From IMG/VR virus record IMGVR_UViG_3300028591_008384: DNA of 52,368 nt, one strand, 5' to 3'. The notes under the pieces are model-generated. The model ran no database searches and was not told the origin of the DNA. It saw only the letters and a program-made list of their open reading frames with translations. Of the stretch, positions 42,838-51,058 are shown one piece after another. This stretch comes from a virus (taxonomy: Duplodnaviria; Heunggongvirae; Uroviricota; Caudoviricetes). Position 1 is the stretch's first letter; each line of letters begins with the position of its first letter. The position numbers and the translations under genes were made by a program.

Positions 42838-44446
42838 TTGAGAAGATATTCAAACAAATATAAATCCCTAAAAATAATTAAAATAAATGTTGGATTTATA
42901 ATTGAATGACCTTAACCTGCATTGAGTTTCCTCTAGCAGGACCCGGTATCTCTGTCCCGAGTTTTTTAGTTTCGTGGCTACTGTCTTCCAGCCCCTGGCC
43001 CCTATGATAGTGTGCTTCCATTGCTCTCGGCATAGGGTTACGTCAGGTGTCGGAAGGTTCCACCCCTTCTCGAACTGTTTGTGTGCGCGTCTTGCAAGCT
43101 CTATCGCTGCTGCACACATGTCAGGCGTAGTCTCGTTGGCATAGTACAGGTTTCCAATGATGGACGAATATTCGGGAATGACTTCCCTGAACTCGATCCC
43201 GTGGGTATCGGCAAGCATGTGAATCTTCGTACGGAGAAGGTTCCGTATCCAGGTGTTGTTCACCAGCTTGTTCAGCTTCCTGCCCTTCTTCATGTCCTTG
43301 GACTTGATAGCCAGCTTCTCCATGGAAATCTTTCCACAATGCCAGTATTTTGCAATCCTGTCAATCTTGTATGCAAGTTCTATAATTTCAAACCGACGCT
43401 TTCGGTTAAACTTCTTTTTCTTCGGGTCGTCCGATTTTAAGCCATCCGGTTCCTTGTTGAAGTCGGTCAGTTCTATCACTTCCTTGTGTATGACTTCAAA
43501 CTTGTCCTTCCGGTCGAACTCTATAACCGATATTCCTATGTAGTTCGGGTTCAGGTCGATGCCCATTATGCGGCGCTTGCGGAGTCCGTCATACTTGTCT
43601 ACGTTGATTCCCGTTTCCTCGTAGGACAGGAATACATTGCGATCGGTTAGGCGGACGGTAAGCGCCAATGCACCCGAATCGGTCAGGACTTGCAGCTTCC
43701 GGAGTTCTTCCATGCGCTTTGTAGGCTTGAACTCTATCGGGATATGCGTGTTCTTGCTCGGCTTGAACGTAAGTTTGCATTCGTTCAGGTCGAAATCAAA
43801 TAACCGGTTGCCGTATTTACAGGCTTCACCAAGCGAATATATTGGCATTATCTTGGAATGCCTGTATTCTTCCTTGGTAATCTGATGCTTCATGTACTTT
43901 TCGTACGTCTTCTTTCCACCGAAATGAATCTTGTGCTCGTCAACATTGGACTTATGTATCGTAGTCCCGTCAACTTCCGCGCTGTGGACCAGCCATGAGT
44001 TGATTTCCGGGAATCGTTCCTGCAGGTAAGGGCGTATATCGTTCCCAGTCATACCTTCCTTGGCGCGGTTGTAGGAAATCCGGACCATCGACGAATATAG
44101 CCTTGGCAGTTCGCCGAGGTCTATGCCGTTCACTATATCCAGTACGATGGTCTTTATCATACAAAAAATCCTACCCGAATGGACGAGATTCAAGTAGGAT
44201 ATATGGCATTGCTGCCAAAAACTCTTTAGCCATTTAAAATCTCGTCCATTTTAATAGCTTTCACATAAAGTTTATAAGTTCGCTGTCAAGCGTTTAACTC
44301 AAATGTGATACTATTTTTGTAAAATTTTTATTACATATTTGGTTTCTTTATCAAGTAGTATTTAATATCCCAATTTCTTGTGTATTTTCTATATTTATGG
44401 CATATTGTGTATGGCCATTGGCATATATTTATGAAGAATGTAGTTA
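42838..44446 (-). mobile_element. TnpB-only IS200/IS605-type insertion
   Basis: AT-rich ends; TTAT immediately 5' and TCAA at the right end; removal restores an ORF ending TAATG-coupled to 42810; subterminal hairpin 42859..42900. Confidence 0.65.
42868..44160 (-). CDS. tnpB: TnpB/Cas12f-like RNA-guided nuclease
   Basis: RuvC-I GIDLN, RuvC-II ISMEKL, EYSSIIG, RuvC-III PDMCAAAIELARR; no Zn finger; start refined to MIKTIV. Confidence 0.88.
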   Translation of the reverse strand: MIKTIVLDIVNGIDLGELPRLYSSMVRISYNRAKEGMTGNDIRPYLQERFPEINSWLVHSAEVDGTTIHKSNVDEHKIHFGGKKTYEKYMKHQITKEEYRHSKIMPIYSLGEACKYGNRLFDFDLNECKLTFKPSKNTHIPIEFKPTKRMEELRKLQVLTDSGALALTVRLTDRNVFLSYEETGINVDKYDGLRKRRIMGIDLNPNYIGISVIEFDRKDKFEVIHKEVIELTDFNKEPDGLKSDDPKKKKFNRKRRFEIIELAYKIDRIAKYWHCGKISMEKLAIKSKDMKKGRKLNKLVNNTWIRNLLRTKIHMLADTHGIEFREVIPEYSSIIGNLYYANETTPDMCAAAIELARRAHKQFEKGWNLPTPDVTLCREQWKHTIIGARGWKTVATKLKNSGQRYRVLLEETQCRLRSFNYKSNIYFNYF

Positions 44447-44690
44447 ATAATCCACAAATCTTCCTGCAGCATGCAACGTAGCGGTTCCTCCCCTTCGATA
44501 AAGAGGATGATCACCTGGGGCACGTCGTACTTGTCGGCGGGCAGTACCGCATGACTAACTTCTCACCCACCATGCAGTCGGTGAACCGCCGGTCGCTGAT
44601 GCGGCTGTGTGTGAACACGATGTCATGGTCGGGAAAGTACCGTTCGCATGCCTCGTAGAAATCCGCCTTTGTGACCACGGGACCGTGCAT
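44447..44690 (-). pseudogene. gene broken by a frameshift and by the IS insertion
   Basis: MHGPVV..CMVGE continues in the -1 frame as VSHAVLPADKYDVPQVIILF..EDLWI up to the IS junction. Confidence 0.5.
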
Positions 44691-45004
44691 TACTGGCGCC
44701 CCAGGTACATGAAAGTGTCGGAGTTTGTGGCCCAGGTGGCAATGTGCTCCTTGCAGGACGGGCACTCGGTGGCCAAGATGAACCTGGCCTTCCGTTCCGG
44801 GTTGTACCATCGGGCACTCCCGCGCATGGGGGTGCATTTGTAGACCCACACCTGGTCGAAACCGGACATGAATGCGGCCTGGCAGTGCAAGCACTTGAAC
44901 TCCACACCGTGGCGGATCTCGTTGAACTTGACATCATCGTCCAGTTCCACGTCATATTCACTGGAAATGTCGAGACTGTTCCGTACATCTTGTTCAGATA
45001 CCAT
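44690..45004 (-). CDS. zinc-ribbon protein
   Basis: CLHC...CPSC, 104 aa. Confidence 0.8.
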   Translation of the reverse strand: MVSEQDVRNSLDISSEYDVELDDDVKFNEIRHGVEFKCLHCQAAFMSGFDQVWVYKCTPMRGSARWYNPERKARFILATECPSCKEHIATWATNSDTFMYLGRQ

Positions 45005-45013
45005 ATTGAACTC

Positions 45014-45643
45014 CTAGATTGGCACTGTCCTGCAAAGGTCACAGTAGTCCTTCTTCCACACGAACCATGCGTGGCACATGGTGGTCGCCCAGCGCTTGCC
45101 GTTCTCGTCCCACTGCTGCCCGTTGTTCCAGGTGGGCATGCGCTTGGAGAAGGGGAAACAGAACGCCGGCGGGTTGTCCAGGAGGAACTGCTTGCGCTTC
45201 TCGCCTTCCCAGAACTGGATTTTCAGGAACATGGCCAGGTAGCCACGGTGTTCGAGGTGTTCCAGGCACTTCTTCACGAAGTCGAGCGCGATGGAATACG
45301 GGGGATTGGTGACGATGAGCTGGTACTTCCGTTCCGGCTTGTACGTCATGAAGTCCTGCACGATGGTCTCAGGGTACCCGCGGTCCACGATGTCTACGAA
45401 TGTATTCACCGATTCCGGACGGTGGAGGGAGAAGTTGAAGTAGTCCAGCGTGGCATTGGCGATGTTTCCGTTGCCAACGCACGGCTCCATGAATGAGAAC
45501 GGGGAGAAATCGGTAAAATCATTGTCGTACATGCGGAGCGCCTTGAAAAGCTGCTCCACCGCTGCAGGGTCGGTCGCGTAGAAGTCGTTATCGACACGAC
45601 CGTTTTCCGGGTTGCCCCCGGCCAGTTTTCCACCTTGCATCAT
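45014..45643 (-). CDS. phage DNA adenine methyltransferase-like protein
   Basis: DFYATDP, EPCVGNGNI (SAM binding), TNPPY catalytic motif, HAWFVWKK. Confidence 0.88.
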   Translation of the reverse strand: MMQGGKLAGGNPENGRVDNDFYATDPAAVEQLFKALRMYDNDFTDFSPFSFMEPCVGNGNIANATLDYFNFSLHRPESVNTFVDIVDRGYPETIVQDFMTYKPERKYQLIVTNPPYSIALDFVKKCLEHLEHRGYLAMFLKIQFWEGEKRKQFLLDNPPAFCFPFSKRMPTWNNGQQWDENGKRWATTMCHAWFVWKKDYCDLCRTVPI

Positions 45644-45651
45644 ATCCTCGC

Positions 45652-46131
45652 TTACTTGTTCAATGTCTTTTCGAGTTCGGTCAGATCGGACAGCATGGCC
45701 CAAAGCGACCTATTTATCCTGTGGAGCTCACCGGCAAGTTTCTTTTCTGATATTACCGTGAGGTGGGACACGTCCTTGATGTCGCACTTCGGGTCTCTCT
45801 TGGTCCTACAGAATAGTATGCCATCCGAACGCAAATCCAATTCGTCAGATACATTAAGACGGTAATTGCCGTCCAGACGATACTCACCCGGCGCAAATTT
45901 CCGTAATCCATTGATTTTGAAGATCCGGTAATGACCGCCGGAAGCCTTGTCATAGGTATGCTCGTCATGGGTTCCCCATCCACCAATCGTCACCCACTTG
46001 CCGACGAACTTGGCTTTGAGGGCATTCATGTCCTCCGCCACCACGGTCGCATTGAGCTTTTCCCGCTTCTTGGTCAAATCTTGGATTTGCTGGTCGATGT
46101 CATCGAGTTTCTGGAGTGCTGTCTTCTTCAT
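45652..46131 (-). CDS. hypothetical protein
   Basis: MKKTAL start, AAGG RBS. Confidence 0.75.
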   Translation of the reverse strand: MKKTALQKLDDIDQQIQDLTKKREKLNATVVAEDMNALKAKFVGKWVTIGGWGTHDEHTYDKASGGHYRIFKINGLRKFAPGEYRLDGNYRLNVSDELDLRSDGILFCRTKRDPKCDIKDVSHLTVISEKKLAGELHRINRSLWAMLSDLTELEKTLNK

Positions 46132-46150
46132 AACTGTACCTTTATTTGCA

Positions 46151-46179
46151 AATGTAGCAAAAATTTCCTGCACCGACAA
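46151..46179 (-). promoter_or_regulatory. sigma70-like early promoter
   Basis: TTGTCG-N17-TACATT. Confidence 0.75.
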
Positions 46180-46184
46180 GAAAT

Positions 46185-46469
46185 TTACACGCATGCGTAG
46201 CATGCACCGAATTTCAACGCCTCCGAAATCTCGAAGGCAATCGTCTGGTACTCGTCATGGGTAATGCAATACTTGTCCAGGACTTCCTGCGTAGGAGTCT
46301 TGATGTCACAGCGCATGTCGCCACAACCGAATTCCTGGGCGTGTTCATGGTCATGGTCGTACTTCTCGACGAAGTCCCTGTAATCAAGCGGTTCCCCGTT
46401 GATATGGCAATCGGGGTTCAGCTCGCACATGTCGCCGTAATGCGGTGCAACCTTGTATTCCAGTAGCAT
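46185..46469 (-). CDS. hypothetical protein
   Basis: MLLEYK start, GAGG RBS; GCGDMRC, CYACV. Confidence 0.8.
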   Translation of the reverse strand: MLLEYKVAPHYGDMCELNPDCHINGEPLDYRDFVEKYDHDHEHAQEFGCGDMRCDIKTPTQEVLDKYCITHDEYQTIAFEISEALKFGACYACV

Positions 46470-46489
46470 ATTGTGTCCTCTTTTCCACA

Positions 46490-46518
46490 AATGTAGCATT
46501 CTGGGACACGTATGGCAA
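46490..46518 (-). promoter_or_regulatory. sigma70-like early promoter
   Basis: TTGCCA-N17-TACATT. Confidence 0.85.
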
Positions 46519-46523
46519 CCTGG

Positions 46524-46985
46524 CTAACCCGGGAACACCTTGTCTAGCACCTTGATGAACAGGTAGTGGGCTCCTGGGCCCCAGGCACAGTTGGCAATGC
46601 CGGTGCAAATAATCCCCCACTTCGCCGGTTCTTTGGCCGTCAATGCACAGTATGTCATTCCCCCTATGATGGGGAGGCCAACCCAGGTGAAGTAGAGGAC
46701 CAGGAGAATGCATGCTACGGCAGCCTCGCCAAGCCCTGCCATAAGCGTGACATAGGATTCCGTCCATGTCTTGTCCTTGAAAAATACTGGCCTCAGTGGC
46801 ACCGGGGACCACAGGACAATCGCGGCAATGACCAGGATGCCGGGAACGAGGCCGACATCCGGCATGTTTGTCGCAAACATGTATGCAAGGAAAATAATTC
46901 CAGGCAGGAGCACGGCAATTCCAATCATGAACTGTTTGGTCCATTTCCAGACTGTACGGATGCATTCCTTATAGATTTCAATCAT
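46524..46985 (-). CDS. multi-pass membrane protein
   Basis: MIEIYKEC start; 4-5 hydrophobic helices. Confidence 0.8.
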   Translation of the reverse strand: MIEIYKECIRTVWKWTKQFMIGIAVLLPGIIFLAYMFATNMPDVGLVPGILVIAAIVLWSPVPLRPVFFKDKTWTESYVTLMAGLGEAAVACILLVLYFTWVGLPIIGGMTYCALTAKEPAKWGIICTGIANCAWGPGAHYLFIKVLDKVFPG

Positions 46986-47238
46986 TTTCTTCTTCTTCCT
47001 CCGTACGCAGGGCCCTACGAGTCGCCTGTCTGCATCTTTTGGACGGGCTCCAGTAGCGCAACCTGTTGTCGATATGGTTATGGCGATGGCCACCTTTCCG
47101 GTTCGGCCTGTAATGTTCATGGAATACTATACGGCTTCTAACGGTACCGTCGCTATCCTTGTATATGACCACCTCTTCATACTTGCCATCATTGTTATAG
47201 ATGAAATTTGTATCTGCGTACCATGAATAGCGTTTCAT
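46978..47238 (-). CDS. hypothetical basic protein
   Basis: MKRYSW start, GAGG RBS. Confidence 0.7.
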   Translation of the reverse strand: MKRYSWYADTNFIYNNDGKYEEVVIYKDSDGTVRSRIVFHEHYRPNRKGGHRHNHIDNRLRYWSPSKRCRQATRRALRTEEEEEND

Positions 47239-47240
47239 GT

Positions 47241-47291
47241 CTACCTCAACTTCCAGACGTATTCCATGCAATCCTCGTAAACTTCGAGCAT
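47241..47291 (-). CDS. 16-aa mini-ORF homologous to the N-terminus of 46524..46985
   Basis: MLEVYEDCMEYVWKLR*, GAGGA RBS, promoter upstream. Confidence 0.55.
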   Translation of the reverse strand: MLEVYEDCMEYVWKLR

Positions 47292-47308
47292 AATATCCTC
47301 TTTTTGGT

Positions 47309-47334
47309 AAATATAGCAAAAAATATGCTATATT
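47309..47334. promoter_or_regulatory. palindromic pair of divergent extended -10 promoters
   Basis: AATATAGCA-N8-TGCTATATT; the plus-strand copy is 6 nt before ATG 47341. Confidence 0.7.
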
Positions 47335-47340
47335 TGGGGC

Positions 47341-47979
47341 ATGACTACCAATGAAAATACTTACCAGACACTTAAAAGCCTTTGCAACAACTCCATCTGT
47401 CAACGCGACAAGGATCCTCGGTGGATTGTCAGCGAGGAATACGCACTTACCAAAAAGGACTTCAAGATTGGTTGGCACACCCCCGGAGTAATGGACGGGG
47501 GAATAGATGTCGATATCAAAGTCGGCTGTGATGGAACGCTGTCCATAAAAACCATCCAGGATGGCATAGTCGAACTGGGAACGCTCGACCATTACTCCAT
47601 GAAACTTGAACGCTTCCGCAACCGGATGATAACGATTATAATTGACGCCAACACAGACAACCCATATAATGACGGAAGCGGAAAAATACAGGTTGTAGCC
47701 ATTGACGACCCCGAATACATCATGTGGCAGGTGCAGTATTTTGACTACATCGCGAACGACGAGTTATTCAAGGTGGTCAGGGCACGTTCCAAGAACGAAG
47801 CCAAGGTCATCGCATGGCACAATTCGTGCTACAAGAACCACAATATCGACCCGGACACATTCAAGGTATGGGAATATGATGGTCCGTATATCATCACCAG
47901 GGACCCGAAACTGTCCGACGATATCATGAAGACCCAGATTTTACTGTGTGAAGAATATGACAAGGAATATGGCGATTGA
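47341..47979 (+). CDS. hypothetical protein (probable leaderless mRNA)
   Basis: 212 aa ORF. Confidence 0.85.
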   Translation: MTTNENTYQTLKSLCNNSICQRDKDPRWIVSEEYALTKKDFKIGWHTPGVMDGGIDVDIKVGCDGTLSIKTIQDGIVELGTLDHYSMKLERFRNRMITIIIDANTDNPYNDGSGKIQVVAIDDPEYIMWQVQYFDYIANDELFKVVRARSKNEAKVIAWHNSCYKNHNIDPDTFKVWEYDGPYIITRDPKLSDDIMKTQILLCEEYDKEYGD

Positions 47980-47993
47980 TTTCGCCATTTTCT

Positions 47994-48440
47994 TTATTTA
48001 AGCACCTTGTCTTCCAGTTTCTTGTATCCCCAGTAGATTACACCGCAGATCAAGGCCAGTATCAGTGTCACGATGAAGCCGGCCCACATGGGTGCCAAGA
48101 GGGGGAACAGGACCAGCATGGGGGCGATGACCTTCCCGTACCTTTCCAGACGGTCATCCCTTGGCGGCTCGTGTTCGAGGTTGAAATCACTACATGTGAT
48201 GTACCCGGCGATGAGTAAGAATATGGCGTTTACGACACCGTATCCCCCTATCACCATGCGTAACGTGGTCATCCTGGACGGGAACAAGATACCATCTACA
48301 CCAAGTAGCAACATGTAGAGTATAAGGAGGGCGTCAAGGAACAGGGCGACCCACATCATTGCCGGGAATTCAGCCAGGCAGTCCGACAGTTCCGAATGTA
48401 CCAATTTAATCAGTTTTGAGACTTTCTTCATTATAGCCAT
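47994..48440 (-). CDS. multi-pass membrane protein
   Basis: MAIMKK start; 3-4 TM. Confidence 0.75.
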   Translation of the reverse strand: MAIMKKVSKLIKLVHSELSDCLAEFPAMMWVALFLDALLILYMLLLGVDGILFPSRMTTLRMVIGGYGVVNAIFLLIAGYITCSDFNLEHEPPRDDRLERYGKVIAPMLVLFPLLAPMWAGFIVTLILALICGVIYWGYKKLEDKVLK

Positions 48441-48730
48441 CTCCAGGTAATCTTGCCTTCGTCCTTCAAGTCGGCAAGGATATTCAGCACGATGATTGGG
48501 ATAAATAAGAATGTTATCCCGTAGGCCATTAGCGCATACGCGACCAAATTCTCGCCAACGAACGCGAATTTCCACGGCTTCTCCTCGACGAGGATCCAGA
48601 TGTAGATGATGGTGGCCAGGATGAACATGACAACCAGTGCATTCACGACAGGCATGACGCCGAAGATGAACCCGGCGAGGACAAACAGGAGGATATACAC
48701 CCCGAAAATTATGAACGGCAGCGGTTTCAT
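48431..48730 (-). CDS. membrane protein
   Basis: 99 aa, 3 TM. Confidence 0.8.
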   Translation of the reverse strand: MKPLPFIIFGVYILLFVLAGFIFGVMPVVNALVVMFILATIIYIWILVEEKPWKFAFVGENLVAYALMAYGITFLFIPIIVLNILADLKDEGKITWRWL

Positions 48731-48999
48731 GGCCTACTCTCCCGGTCCTTCTTGATTTTAGCGAGACGGTAGTCAAGCATGTCCTTCAATTCGCTGATTG
48801 CGAGGGCATCCGCAAGGTCTTCCAGGGCCACGTCGGTTTCAAGCACGGGCGAGGCCGAACTGGGGAACGACCCCTTGACGAGGTAGTCGTTCAGCACGAC
48901 CACGAACCCGCCGTTGGAGTGGTGCATGATGGTGAAGGGGACCTTGCACTTCCGGCCCTTCGCGTCCCTGATGCCGATAGGTTGTTCGAGTTTACACAT
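48727..48999 (-). CDS. hypothetical protein
   Basis: 90 aa ORF. Confidence 0.75.
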   Translation of the reverse strand: MCKLEQPIGIRDAKGRKCKVPFTIMHHSNGGFVVVLNDYLVKGSFPSSASPVLETDVALEDLADALAISELKDMLDYRLAKIKKDRESRP

Positions 49000-49003
49000 T
49001 GTG

Positions 49004-49204
49004 TCATACCTTCTTGTTCATCCAGTCATTAAGCCATTTCGGACAGTATTTCGCCAGTAAGCCAAACACCACACAGTAGAATATGTCTACCGCCAAAATC
49101 CAATCCTTGCCTGCCGTCAGATATACGATAAGCGCGGATAGTATCCACAACAGCATTGACGACCAAGCAACCATGTCCCGTCGAGTTGCAATCAGATTCT
49201 TCAT
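49004..49204 (-). CDS. small membrane protein
   Basis: 66 aa, 2 TM. Confidence 0.7.
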   Translation of the reverse strand: MKNLIATRRDMVAWSSMLLWILSALIVYLTAGKDWILAVDIFYCVVFGLLAKYCPKWLNDWMNKKV

Positions 49205-49206
49205 GA

Positions 49207-49443
49207 TTATTCCTCTTTCAGGTAGAAGTTGGTGAGGTTGTTGAACTTACGCCCGTCAGTGCAGACGAAATTCGATTCGGTGGCACCGTATGGACGATGA
49301 TAGGTGCTGAGAGTGCCAGCACATACCGGGTTGTCATCGCCCACCATGTACAGGACACCGGTGCTCACGCGGGCCTTGAGGAGCCACACGTAGAACACGA
49401 TGATGCAGATGAGGATGATGACACATAGCAATAACTGTTTCAT
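49207..49443 (-). CDS. small membrane-anchored protein
   Basis: 78 aa, N-terminal TM. Confidence 0.75.
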   Translation of the reverse strand: MKQLLLCVIILICIIVFYVWLLKARVSTGVLYMVGDDNPVCAGTLSTYHRPYGATESNFVCTDGRKFNNLTNFYLKEE

Positions 49444-50075
49444 TACTTCCCTTCCTTTTCGAGGAGTTCGATTTCCTTCCAGAAGCCGGAAAGGAACTCA
49501 TTGGCCTTCTTCCAGTTGGCCTCGTTCTCAGCGACGCCCTTTTCATGGTAGGCGACATCTTCGCGGGCGCACTGGATGAGGTCAGCCTTGTACTTCTCGA
49601 ATTCTTCCTGGCTGTCGAGGGCCTTCCTCATGCACTCTTCGGACTCGATGTACCACTTGTAGCCATAGGGTTCGGACTTTGCAATCTGGTCAAGGGCGAA
49701 GTTCTTCACCTTTTCGTACGCCTCGCTGCACTTCCACCCCTCGATTGCCTCCTTGACTGCGTTCAGGCGTGCCATTTCGACCTTTTCCTCCTCGACGGCC
49801 TCCTTGTGCTCGGCAATCTTGGTTGCGAGGTCGCTTTCCAGTTCCTTTCGCCATTCATCGTCGGTCATGGAGAGACGTTGGGCCAGTTTTTCCTTGGCCT
49901 TCACGAGTTCCTTCTCGTGCCAGTCGTCCTTCGGGAGTTCCTTGGGGATGTTGGGACTCAACGGCTCGTCGCGGTATTCAATGAAGATGTTGAACGCACG
50001 CATGCAGAGTTTAAGAAATTCGGAAGCCTTCAGATTTTTATCGATGATGAAGCTGGTGTACCCGGTATGTTGCAT
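49443..50075 (-). CDS. conserved-looking phage hypothetical protein
   Basis: 210 aa; TGYT..I..FL..C.RAF..RDEP pattern. Confidence 0.85.
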   Translation of the reverse strand: MQHTGYTSFIIDKNLKASEFLKLCMRAFNIFIEYRDEPLSPNIPKELPKDDWHEKELVKAKEKLAQRLSMTDDEWRKELESDLATKIAEHKEAVEEEKVEMARLNAVKEAIEGWKCSEAYEKVKNFALDQIAKSEPYGYKWYIESEECMRKALDSQEEFEKYKADLIQCAREDVAYHEKGVAENEANWKKANEFLSGFWKEIELLEKEGK

Positions 50076-50104
50076 TGTTTTCCTCTCGTTTGCTGTTTAA
50101 CCCA

Positions 50105-50133
50105 AATGTAGCATATTGCCCACCACCCGGCAA
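50105..50133 (-). promoter_or_regulatory. sigma70-like early promoter
   Basis: TTGCCG-N17-TACATT. Confidence 0.85.
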
Positions 50134-50138
50134 CAAGG

Positions 50139-51023
50139 TTACTTGGAGAAATCCCGTATCAGGACGGATTCATCCGACCAACCACCAGTCAGCCTTCCAT
50201 CCGCATGTAGCACCAGGTTCCGTATGTACTCGCCTTCCATTTCCAGCCGATGTTCCAGGGCACCATCCACCTCACGGTATTCGACTTTAACACCGGAAAC
50301 GTTACCGTACACACACCTGCACTTGGTCGATTCCTTGCGTCCATTCAGCAGGTTTCTGAACATGTCAGAGAGCGCGGGATCCGGCCTGGAAAAGTAATCC
50401 GACCTGAACAAAATGCATGAAATACCTGCATCAGCGGCAGTCTGTATATATCTGTTTACAAAGTCAGCATCCGCATCCGGATACAGTGTACAGTTCAGCC
50501 GAAATTCCAGGGGCTTGCCACCGAACAATCCGAATATACCGGTTATTTCGTCTATCCCTGGAATGTTTCTGTCACCAAAGACGCGCCGGTTTTCCTCATC
50601 GTCGTAATGATGCCGGCTGACATTCAGATATTTCAGCTTAGAAAGCGTATCGAGCATAACGAAATTCCTGGCCAGGTACCTTCCGTTTGTCGTTAGCGCA
50701 TAATAGTCCAACCCGCTCTGTTCCAATGTGTCGAACAGTCTACCAAGGCGCAATGAATCACCCACTATTAAGGGCTCACCGCCTGTAATCGACACCCGAT
50801 CAACCGCACCCGCATCGACCAGTTCGTCAACGCACTCCTTCAATATCGCTGGATCTAGGTCGCCAAGACCCCTATGCGCCGAGCAGAACGGGCAATGCGC
50901 ATTGCAATTTTTGGTAAATTCGACATAAAGCGTACGTTTCGGGGAAACCGATGAACAGCATGCTCCCGAATACACGCAGTATTCCTTCCCGAAAATAGAT
51001 AATGTCTTCGTTTGCAAATCCAT
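50139..51023 (-). CDS. radical SAM protein
   Basis: CNAHCPFC (CxxxCxxC), SITGGEP, TTNG, LNVSRHH; leaderless start MDLQTK. Confidence 0.9.
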   Translation of the reverse strand: MDLQTKTLSIFGKEYCVYSGACCSSVSPKRTLYVEFTKNCNAHCPFCSAHRGLGDLDPAILKECVDELVDAGAVDRVSITGGEPLIVGDSLRLGRLFDTLEQSGLDYYALTTNGRYLARNFVMLDTLSKLKYLNVSRHHYDDEENRRVFGDRNIPGIDEITGIFGLFGGKPLEFRLNCTLYPDADADFVNRYIQTAADAGISCILFRSDYFSRPDPALSDMFRNLLNGRKESTKCRCVYGNVSGVKVEYREVDGALEHRLEMEGEYIRNLVLHADGRLTGGWSDESVLIRDFSK

Positions 51024-51029
51024 GTCCCA

Positions 51030-51058
51030 AATGTAGCATTCCAGGTGACCCATGGCAA
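51030..51058 (-). promoter_or_regulatory. sigma70-like early promoter
   Basis: TTGCCA-N17-TACATT directly after TAG. Confidence 0.85.

Noticed and set aside
42838-44446. IStron (group I intron plus TnpB)
   Set aside because: The left 286 nt are AT-rich with no recognisable P3-P7 core, and the predicted right end is A rather than the omega-G.
42600-44700. CRISPR-Cas12f locus
   Set aside because: No repeat-spacer array and no cas1/cas2/cas4 near the nuclease; only two short imperfect direct repeats (ATATGCCA, CATAAATATA) in the left end. No CRISPR array was seen anywhere in the window.
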